Of a stretch of DNA of 58,932 bases, positions 35,301 to 47,300 are shown in pieces (the first letter of the stretch is position 1; each line of letters opens with the position of its first letter). The position numbers and the translations under genes are program-made. Source of the stretch: Nemertoderma westbladi. Taxonomy: Eukaryota; Animalia; Xenacoelomorpha. A model generated the notes under the pieces. It searched no databases and was not told the DNA's origin. It saw nothing but the letters and a program-made list of their open reading frames with translations. The stretch is from NCBI GenBank assembly GCA_032718475.1, contig JAUCBJ010003314.1:1-58932 (forward strand). Direction: 5' to 3'.

Positions 35301-38300
35301 AATAGATTTTTAGGAAAAGTCATAAAATCCCAACTGCGCTTGTTTCAGAGTTATAACAAAAAATGGGGGGTGGGGGGGGGGGGGGGGGGGGTTGTCATAT
35401 TGACCCCCCACCCCCCCCCCCCCCCCCCACGGGTTTAATTGGGTTAATGTAATATATGACTTATTTATAAAATGTATTTGAATTATTTCACAGGGTTTTC
35501 TGGGCATAACTGCTTGAACCCAATATCTGCTGAAGGCCGAACTGTGCAAACACATATCAACGCCATGGCAACCGGAGATGCTTTGTATATGTATTCTGGA
35601 AACGGTCTTATTTGTAGGAATAGCGACCAGACTGGTAATATTCAATGCCAGGATTATGAAGTACAGTTTTGTTGCCCCGGTAAGTAATAATAATAAAATG
35701 AATAAGTAGAATAAATATTATTATTACTATAACCTATAAGCTTATATTTATTAAATTTGTGGGGGACTCTGGGGGGGACTCAACGCATATTCCATTCGAC
35801 CCGTTTTTGGCGACTAATGGTCGCACCCAGTCGGCAGATCACAAGCCTTATTGTCTAATTAACTATAACTCATCACGTTTTAGGCAATATGATTGCATTG
35901 GTGTAATGCTTATTGTACGGCTAAATAATAATTTCTTAATAAAGTACTAAAGCCGACCACTTGCGACTTACTCTCAGTTCACTGGGTCGAATAGTCGCCT
36001 TTATACACGCTACAAGTCCAAGGGGTGGTCGGAAGAGTCGAATTGGTCGGCAAGGTCGGCACCACCTATAGTCTACATATATACAGTTTTGCCACTTTTA
36101 GCGACCCATCATATAGTCTATTGTAGACCTATGATGATATATGTAAGCCGAACTGCCGACCACTCGCGACTTACTCTCAGTTCACTGGGTCGAATAGTCG
36201 CCTGTATACACGGCCCAAAGAGTAGTTGGAACGTATACACAATAATTCAAATATACATTAAATATATAATTAATAGTAAATAGTAATAACTGGCCAACTA
36301 ATATATATAGTACGTAGTTATACCAATTAACCAATCAAATGCTGTACATGATAATGAGGGACAGTAATTAGGTTAGACGCATTCTTATTGGATTCATATA
36401 ACCGACCATTGCGTCGATTTTCCCCTGGAGAGAATGAAATTTTTCTTGCGTCGAAAGTCCCCCCCCACTATCTGAAAATGTTACCTTTGCTTAACGTAGC
36501 TAGTATTGACTGTATTACAATATAGAAGATGTAAGTAGGCATAACAGCAGTCGTAGTCGGCATAATTACTCACTCATACCTACTTAGTGAGTAATGTTAA
36601 AACAAAACAAGTTTCATAAAAACTGTTTCGTAATGTTATCATTTTGTGATAAACGACACAGAAGCTTATTGTTGCATAGTACTTATCTTACTCACTAACT
36701 ACCTTAATAGTCTGTGTAACGAAAAGATTAGCCTCACTGAGTCAAGTTCTACTATGTTATAAACAACTTTATAAATAGTTATAGTGTTTTTTTTTCATCA
36801 ATAAATAAACAGAAGAAAGTCAGCGAGATTGTGAAGGACCAATGAGCCAATGGTACGACAGAGACAACCCAACAGCTACAGGAGACTGGGAAGATCTAGC
36901 TACTCTACTATCAACAAATAGTCAAGCGGAGCAATGTGAGTAAATATAACAATCACGGTATGTTATGTCATATACATATAGAAATACATGTGTCAGCTCG
37001 GTCATGGGAAACTATATAATATGTTGTATGTGTGTGTTGTGTTGTCGAAATTTAGTTTTTGAAAGAAAATTATATGGACGGAATCTTTAGTTCGGGAAAA
37101 TAGCAAGACATATACATCTATTACTTCTAAAAAAACAACACACCTACAATACAAATATTAATTAAGTTTAAGTAAAATAAATTAAGAATTCAAGCCAGAA
37201 ACTAACCTGGGTTTTGGAGAACAATTGAGGATGCGTTGTACCATGTAGTCGTGTAAGCCTAATATATAAATATAATCGCCTATTTTTCAGGGTTTTCAAA
37301 CCACAACTGCTTGGAACCAATATTCTCTGAAGGAAGAACTACCGCCTACCACATTGATGCATTGTCAACTGGGGATATATTAGCAATGTATTCCGCTGAT
37401 GGTCTTGTTTGTAAGAACAGCGATCAGAACAATGATCAGTGTCAGGATTATGAAATACGTTTCTGCTGCCCCAGTATGTTACATAATTTATATGATCGAG
37501 TTATAGATAGATTTATTTATACATTATGTAAAAACAATAACAAATACACCAAACAATGTACCGGTATAAAGGTATTGTCCAACATAACATATAGGATTAC
37601 CCTTAAAGCTTTGCAGCTTATTTCTAAGGGGGTCCTAATAAAAACTATCATATTATTAATATTTAAATGGATATTATAATAAATATTATATATAAAATAA
37701 TATTATTATAATATTATATATATTATAATAAATTTAATTTAACTATTTTGCATAAATGGATACGACAGGAATTTACTATTATTAGTGTAATTTTAATTTC
37801 AAAATCTAAAGTTTGGGAAATATGGTGTAATACATACAGAGTGATAATAACCTAACTAATAATTATAACTATTACTAATTTAGTAAATAAATTATCAGAA
37901 TATTACATTGTAAAACTAGTGGAATGTCAATTGAGAGTCACAATAAATGAGTCCCACCTATATAGCGTAGGATCATATGAGTGAAGTCCCACATAGATAG
38001 CATAGGATCCTGTGAGTGGAGTCCCACACAGATTACATAGGATCCTGTGAGTGGAGTCCCACATAGATAGCATAGGATCCTGTGAGTGGAGTCCCACATA
38101 GGTAGCATAGGATCCTGTGAGTAGAGTCCCACATAGATAGCATAGGATCCTGTGAGTGGAGTCCCACATAGATAGCATAGGATCCTGTGAGTGGAATCCC
38201 ACATAGATAGCATAGGATCCTGTGGGTGGAGTCCCACATAGATAGCATAGGATCCTGTGAGTGGAGTCCCACATAGATAGCATAGGATCCTGTGAGTGGA

Positions 38301-41300
38301 GTCACACACAGATAGCATAGGATCCTGTGAGTGGAGTCTGACATAGATAGCATATGATCCTGTGAGTGGAGTCCCACATAGATAGCATAGGATCCTGTGA
38401 GTGGAGTCCCACACAGGTAGCATAGGATCCTGTGAGTGGAGTCTGACATAGATAGCATAGGATCCTGTGAGTGGAATCCCACATAGATATCATATGATCC
38501 TGTGAGTGGAGTCCCACATATATAGCATAGGATCCTGTGAGTGGAGTTCCATCTAGATAGCATAGGATCCTGTTAGCGGAGTCCCACATAGATAGCGTAG
38601 GATCCTGTGAGTGGAGTCCCACACAGATATCATAGGATCCTGTGAGTGGAGCCTGACATATATAGCATAGGATCCTGTGAGTGGAATCCCACATAGATAT
38701 CATATGATCCTGTGAGTGGAGTCCCACATAGATAGTATAGGATCCTGTGAGTGGAGTTCCATCTAGATAGCATCGGATCCTGTGAGTGGAGTCCCACATA
38801 GATAGCATATGATCCTGTGAGTGGAGTCCCACATAGATAGCATAGGATCCTGTGAGTGGAGTCCCGCATAGATAGCATAGGATCCTGTGAGTGGAGTCCC
38901 ACATAGATAGCATAGGATCCTGTTAGCGGAGTCCCATATAGATGGCATAGGAACCTCTAAGTGGAGTCCCACATAGATAGCATATGATCCTGTGAGTGGA
39001 GTCTGACATAGATATCATAGGAACCTGTGAGTGGAGACCCACATAGATAGCATAGGATCCTGTGAGTGGAGTCCCACATAGATAGCATATGATCCTGTGA
39101 GTGGAGTCCCACATAGATAGCATAGGATCCTGTGAGTGGAGTCCCACATAGATAGCATAGGATCCTGTGAGTGGAGTCCCGCATAGATAGCATAGGATCC
39201 TGTGAGTGGAGTCCCACATAGATAGCATAGGATCCTGTTAGCGGAGTCCCATATAGATGGCATAGGAACCTCTAAGTGGAGTCCCACATAGATAGCATAT
39301 GATCCTGTGAGTGGAGTCTGACATAGATATCATAGGAACCTGTGAGTGGAGACCCACATAGATAGCATAGGATCCTGTGAGTGGAGTCCCGCATAGATAG
39401 CATAGGATCATGTGAGTGGAGTCCCACATAGATAGCATAGGATCCTGTGAGTGGAGTCCCACATAGATAGCATATGATCATGTGAGTGGAGTCCCACATA
39501 GATAGCATATGATCCTGTGAGTGGAGTCCCACATAGATAGCATAGGATCCTGTGAGTGGAGTCCCACATAGATAGCATAGGATCCTGTGAGTGGAGTCCC
39601 GCATAGATAGCATAGGATCATGTGAGTGGAGTCCCACATAGATAGCATAGGATCCTGTGAGTGGAGTCCCACATAGATAGCATAGGATCCTGTGAGTGGA
39701 GTCCCACATAGATAGCATAGGATCCTGTGAGTGGAGTCCCACATAGATAGCATAGGATCCTGTGAGTGGAGTCCCACATAGATAGCATAGGATCCTGTGA
39801 GTGGAGTCCCACATAGATAGCATAGGATCCTGTGAGTGGAGTCCCACATAGATAGCATAGGATCCTGTGAGTGGAGTCCCACATAGATAGCATAGGATCC
39901 TGTGAGTGGAGTCCCACATAGATAGCATAGGATCCTGTGAGTGGAGTCCCACATAGATAGCATAGGATCCTGTGAGTGGAGTCCCACATAGATAGCATAG
40001 GATCCTGTGAGTGGAGTCCCGCATAGATAGCATAGGATCCTGTGAGTGGAGTCCCACATAGATAGCATAGGATCCTGTTAGCGGAGTCCCATATAGATGG
40101 CATAGGAACCTCTAAGTGGAGTCCCACATAGATAGCATATGATCCTGTGAGTGGAGTCTGACATAGATATCATAGGAACCTGTGAGTGGAGACCCACATA
40201 GATAGCATAGGATCCTGTGAGTGGAGTCCCACATAGATAGCATAGGATCCTGTGAGTGGAGTCCCGCATAGATAGCATAGGATCATGTGAGTGGAGTCCC
40301 ACATAGATAGCATAGGATCCTGTGAGTGGAGTCCCACATAGATAGCATAGGATCCTGTGAGTGGAGTCCCACATAGATAGCATAGGATCCTGTGAGTGGA
40401 GTCCCACATAGATAGCATAGGATCCTGTGAGTGGAGTCCCACATAGATAGCATAGCATCCTGTGAGTGGAGTCCCACATAGATAGCATAGGATTCTGTGA
40501 GTGGAATCCCACATAGATAGCATAGGATCTTGTGAGTGGAGTCCCACATAGATAGCATAGGATCCTGTGAGTGCAGTTCCATCTAGATGGAACAGGATCC
40601 TTTGAGTGGAATCAAATTCTCCGCTGTTTGAGGAATAATATATATTTTGATTATGTTATAAATTGATAATGTGGTAAACTCGATTATTTAATTTAACAGA
40701 GAGGGGTGTAGATCAATGTGATGGCCCAATAAGTCAATGGTACGACAGGGACAATCCATCAGGCACTGGAGACTGGGAGGATCTTAATTCGCTGTTGCTA
40801 TATAATAGCCAAGCGGAACAATGTGAGTATCTGCATACTACAGTTTTGGTTTTAAATTATTATAATAATATATTTAGTAATGACTATTATCATCATTGCG
40901 TCCCACAAGTAAATTGTCTTTAATTATTTTACGACTTTATTCATAAATTTTGTCCCATAAATATTATGCGACCCTGACTTAGTTATCATTACTTTCTTGG
41001 TTAATGTCTTACTGACTTAATATTCAAGCATGTTGAAAAAGAACATGGATATTTTACTTGCAGGGTTTACGAGCCATAAATGCTTGGATCCAGAATCTTC
41101 TGAAGCAAGAACTACACAATCTAATATTGATGCCACAGCAACTGGCGACATTTTAGCTATGTATTCAGGCGATGGTCTCATTTGCAAAAACAGTGATCAG
41201 AGTAGTGGAGCTTACTGTCATGATTATGAAATACGATACTGTTGTCCTGGTATGTATTACTATACTGCTGTCCTGGTATGTACTCTTACCCTATGCAATA

Positions 41301-44300
41301 GGAATTATATTAAATCCTTCCTATCTACTCTCTGTGGGATCAAACATTATAGAAATATTTGAGTTTCGGCACCGTTTTTCAATTCCGTTTAACATTAATC
41401 ATCTATATTACTAAAGATAAGAGTGTCTTTGCACCCTATCTTTTTCTGTTCAAATTTCTCTGAAATTATATGACATGTATGTTTGGATTTGATTGAAGGA
41501 ATTGACAAACACTTGTCCGTAGTAATAGTGTAGTACATATTGTAGTGATATACATACTTAGGAATATTCATATATATTTGTAGTCAAATTATTACATTAA
41601 ACATTTAATAGTAGTACATGATTCCATTTGCTGGTGTGGAGTTTTTCTTTAAACGCATCCATTATCCCATATTGTTGATCTTCTTCAACATGTCGGCCTA
41701 CACACACATCCGCCAAAAAGAACGAGCTACTGACACGGTTTTAGGATAAGATTTGTGTGGGAATACTATCCCTAAGAATCTCCATAAAGGAACATATAAA
41801 CCAATATCATTGAGAAACTTTACTCTGCATGTAATCTCTGTTTAATTCTAATTTTATTTTTTATGCAAAAAATATAGAAGAGCAACAACACGATGAATGC
41901 AATGGACCTATGAGTCAGTGGTATGACAGAGACAATCCGTCAGGAACTGGAGACTGGGAGGATCTTAATTCACTCCTATCAACAAATGCACAAGCTGAAC
42001 AATGTTAGATAATATACGATAATATGATTGTAACAAATTTTATCAAATCTCGATAAAGGTTAAATATAGGGAATACCTTATTTGTTGCACACCACTAGCC
42101 ATAATGTTAACATTTTTTAGCTTGTTTAATGTAATTTTTTAATGATCTTGAACATGTTAGCTATTAATTTAAATAAAAGGTAATGTTCTTGAATACTAAT
42201 TTATTGTTCGTTCTATAACATTGTTTTCTAGGTGTGATATTGTTTGTTCTTTAAAAATGTTCTGGAACATGATACCTAAATTGGTCATAAAAATGGTGTG
42301 GAATTCAGTATCTTTATAACTTTTTGTTGGGCACAGCAGTATCTGACACACTGAAACTGAACATACATTATATTTATATTACTATTTACATAATTTAATA
42401 ATAATAATAATTTCACATTATTTACATTATTATTTACATTACATTATTTCTACAGGGTTTTCTCAACACAATTGCTTGGAACCAATATCATCCGAAGCTC
42501 GAACAATACAAACACAAATCGATGCCTGGGCTACTGGAGATAGTATTTCTATGTATTCAGCTGATGGTCTTATTTGTAAAAACATTGAACAGAGTAGTGG
42601 ACGTCAGTGCCACGATTACGAGATTCGTTTCTGTTGTCCCGGTACGTCTGGATTCTTTATTTATTTTGATTTGTTATTGTGAGTGTTATTATTTTAATGA
42701 AAACAAATGAAAACTGGCAAAAAATGTTGGTATCGCAATAAAAATCGGTCCCTCTGGTGCTCTAAGCAGTTAACACAACGCTAAGGGGTTAGTAGGGATG
42801 TTGGTGGAACCGGTTGCTGACCTTGTGCTCTCATCGATATGTGTGTGGTGCAGTGGTACCAATCCTGTCTTGGCTAGGTGTGACTAATTTATGGGACTAA
42901 ATTATTAGACTGTACCATACTGTCTGTAATCGGTGCTGGTACAGTACAGGTACCGCACCCTCACCAGGGGAACAGGCACGGGAACAGTCCACCAATGCCA
43001 GATGATTTGGTCCCCTGACAGCCTGGTAGTACTGAAATTACACTGTTGCATATTTTGGAATGATATCAATTGTTTTCACAAAGATGCAATCACAAGGGAG
43101 AGAAGATAATTTTCTGTGTATGAGGGGGTCCAGCAACAAGTTGCTCTGCATGAGGCGGGCCTTAGTTGCTGCATGTACCATTTCGAAATTAGGTATAATG
43201 AGGACTGTGATAACACTATTCACAACTTTAAAATAATAAAAAACTTAATGATATGTTAGGAGATGCACTTCCGCGAGGTCCTGAAGAAAGGAAACCCAGG
43301 TTTAAAGATAAACATCAGAATTACAATTGGTATATTCGGAATTGGAAGTGTTGGTCAATTTCAGACCCTTACTATGGATGGCCATGACAAACAAATTGTG
43401 TAGCAAACAAAACAGTACATCTCCAATGGTGCTTTTCACGTTATTAGATACTTAGTGTATAAAAGCATTCAATCTAGGATAAAACCCAAAATGAATTGCC
43501 AATCAATCTGAACCACATTTTTTGGATTCTATGTTGCCTTATTTATACTAAATAAAGGAAATAAAACTTTATTCTGCAGATCATATATTTATTCATAGAA
43601 ATTCTACATAAATTTGCGAAACACAAGCCAAACAAAATGAACAATGGGAAACATAACTTATAAATTCATTATAATATCTAGGTATAGTCGCATCCAATTT
43701 TTAAATATATCAAAATTTTATTGCAATTCTTAAGGTAACTGATACCTAAAAAATAATAAAACAAGTACCTGTGCTTAAACGCTTCAAAAATGTACCACGA
43801 TATTAAATAAAATATGATTACTGGACCTACTGATCAGATTATAAGACTACTTCAAGTCTCCAAATAAGCGACACTGTGGTCTTTGCGCGATTACACGGAA
43901 TAGACTTATCGGTCATTGGAGATCTTCAAAATGTATAATCTCCAGTTGTAGTGGTCGTACGAAGTTCGTTTTATGCTCATTCGAAAGCTCTTTTCTCAGA
44001 GAACCAAGTTACCATTTGGGTTGGCAAGCTCTTGAAAGCTGCCTGAGCAATCATAACCCAAATTCATGTTATGTTGCTTCACAACCATTTAATCTTAAAT
44101 CAATGGTAACTTTGTTCTCTGAGAAAAGAGCTTTCGAATGAGCCTAAAATGAACTTCATACGACCACTAGAACTGGAGATTATACATTTTGAAGATCTAC
44201 GATGACTGATAAAGTCTATTCTGTGTAAAAACCGCAGAGTCGCTTATTCGAGTCATATATACTGTATATAATAAATAAAAATATAGAAAATTCTAATTCT

Positions 44301-47300
44301 AATTTTATATAATTACTAATTTTATTTTTTATGTAAAAAATATAGAAGAGCAACAACATGATGATTGCGACGGACCTATTAGTCAATGGTATGACAGAGA
44401 CAATCCTTCAGGAACTGGTGACTGGGAGGATCTCAATTCACTCATGTCCACAAATGCCCAAGCTGACCAATGTGAGAAAAATATTAACAACCAACTATTT
44501 AATACTACTACTTATCTATTATTATTACTATAAATTATTATTTACCTGAATATAATTTCCGGCCTAAATGTTATGGTTAATAACTTGAAAAAATATCCCC
44601 ACACCTTTTCAAGTTACATCAAGTTTCACATACAAAAAATTTTATTAACAAAGATTTTTTATACATTGATATAATATCAACATATTTAGGATGACTGGTG
44701 TTTTAAAATCAACTGCTGTTCGAGGCGACCCGAAGGCTCCTCTTTTGATAGCTGCTACCCGAAGGTAGTGGTGGGCGCTACTCCTATCCCAAGATTTGCT
44801 CCCAGTTATTTAACTGGTACTCATTTTATCGATCCCAGAGGATGAAAGGCTGAGTGGACCTTGGCGGGGCTGAACCTACAACCAATAGATTGCAGGCCCA
44901 GCGCTCAACAAACTGAGCTATCCCGCCTTTTATTCGTCCATCATTTAATATTTATTAAATATATACATGTGTTTTAATTGTTTGTTCATATTTATAAATA
45001 TGTAGGTTTTAAATATTATCTCATGTTAATAATATATATTGTACAGGGTTTTCTCAACACAATTGCTTGGAACCAATATCATCTGAGGCTAGAACCATTC
45101 AGACACATATTGACGCCTGGTCTACTGGAGATAATCTTTCAATGTATTCAGCAGATGGTCTTATTTGTAAAAACAGCGCCCAGAGTAGTGGACGTCAGTG
45201 TCAGGATTATGAGATTCGTTTCTGCTGCCCTGGTATGTCTGGAATGTAGTTGAAATAGTAATATTACTTAGTAATTAAAATAGAATAAGAATATAATAAG
45301 AAGAATATCGCCCCTTAAGAATTAAAAGGCCTCATCTACAAATTTCGAAAAAAATTTTTATTTGCTAAAGGGATTACTGTGTCAGGCGCATCTTCTGTAT
45401 AAACCTTAAAGCTTCTGGCCAATCCGATCCAGAGTTATAGCGTGTACAAGTTGGGCCTTAAAACATGATTGGCTAATTTTTTTCAATTCAAAGAGCAAAA
45501 AAGCCTTATCTACAAATTTTGTATATTATAACTATACAGTACGGCTGTCGGCTGTCTGTTTACTGTAGAGTTGTATGTACAGTTCTGCTCAAAACGTGTA
45601 ACTGTCAGCATGTTGACATAAATTATTGTATGTGTGTAGGAGTATGCCGGATTCAGAATTTAATTTGTTATTCTGATCCGCCTAGAACTTTGAAAATGTC
45701 AACCATTGACTATGATGTACTAAGCGAACTATTGAGATTAGAGGAAATAAACAGTACCGTACAAAACGTGGCGCAACCAGAATTGGCAGTCCCACCGGTA
45801 CCGGAAAATAATATGGTACAGCCGACACCGGCTATCATCACTGAAAATAATTCATTGGGAGTAGGAGCACCGTTCAAAGGATTTGTTGTCGAATTCGGCG
45901 GTTTTGGTACAGTTGACACTATTGACTGTACAAAAGTGGCCGATAATATCGAATGGAGTATAAGTGATAGCGATACAAGTACTACAGATGACAATAATAG
46001 TGACTCGGAATGGGTGATGACAAGTAATAGTAGTAGTGATGATGACAAAGAGAAATCGGAGAAGCCTAGCTGTAGTACGGATAATGAAATCCATTTCGCT
46101 TCATCTTCTAAAAATACACAAGCGGAAAAACGCAAGCGCATGAAGAGAGGTAAAGCGCAGCCAAAGCTTTGGAAGCGAAATAAAAATAAACGGCGGCGAG
46201 TTGTTGGACTTGCCTATCATTCAGCTACACAAAATCAACAGGTTTTGAAGCCCACGAGAAATCTCAAAGAAGCATGTCAATGCAAGGACGGTGACAATAA
46301 AACTGTCCGTTGTAGGTTTTTGATGGAAGAACAAAGGCAGGCTATTTTTAATCAGTTCTGGAAAATGCCCACTTGGAGTGAAAAACAGACATTTGTTGGT
46401 ACATTAGTCGAATGAACAGATGTAACCCAACGGACAACAGAGTCTGTTGAGGTTAGTGATGGATTCAGGAGTTTGATAGTTCACAACCCCCGCCCCACTT
46501 CGTTTGTATTTTAGGTTTTGGAATCTTGAAGTGGGGTGGGGGTGGATCTATAATAATTACCCTGAATCCATCACTGGTGATACAGGGTGCCAAGATGAAA
46601 CGGAATAATTTCTGGATATTTTATCTACCATTGTCTGAACAAGGCGAAAGGGTTCGTGTATGTAAGAGGCAGTTTTTAGGAACACTCGGTCTAGGAGAGA
46701 AGCAGTTGCGTAATTGGTGTAATGCAAAATCTCCATCATCAAATAGTACAAGTGATGTGCGTGTAGTTACTCCAAGTAAAACAGGGGATGACTTGCCTAT
46801 TGTCATAACTCCATTGAAACATCTCAAAGTCGCAAAATGGGAGGATCAAAAACGCAAATTGGTTGAGTGGCTTGATCAACTACCAACAATGGAAAGCCAC
46901 TACTGTAGAGCCCGGTCCACTAAGAAATATCTTGAGCCAATATGGTCGAGTATATCACGTTTACATCGGGAATATGTAAAGGTTTGCTTAGAACGAGTTC
47001 AGTCACCAGTGAGTAGAAATACATTTGATAATGTACTTCATTCGAAAGCATTGGCCCTTTACCGTCCGAAAAAAGATCAATGCGACATCTGTGTTGCACA
47101 CACCCAAGGCAATATCGGTTTAGATGAATATTCTAAACATATAAGCAGAAAGGATGATGCTCGGCAATCATGGAGGATAATCGAAAGGCCAAAGACGGGA
47201 GGAAAACATTTTCCATGGATACAGAGGCTGTGCTCTTGTGTCCTAGATTGTATGTATCTTTATACTATTACAAGATGAAATTGACAATTCATAATCTCAC

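Noticed and set aside
37927-40612. 35-bp repeat as a CRISPR array or coding repeat
   Set aside because: Units are head-to-tail with no unique spacers, there are no cas genes, and the context is eukaryotic. The ORFs are rotations of one 105-nt period.
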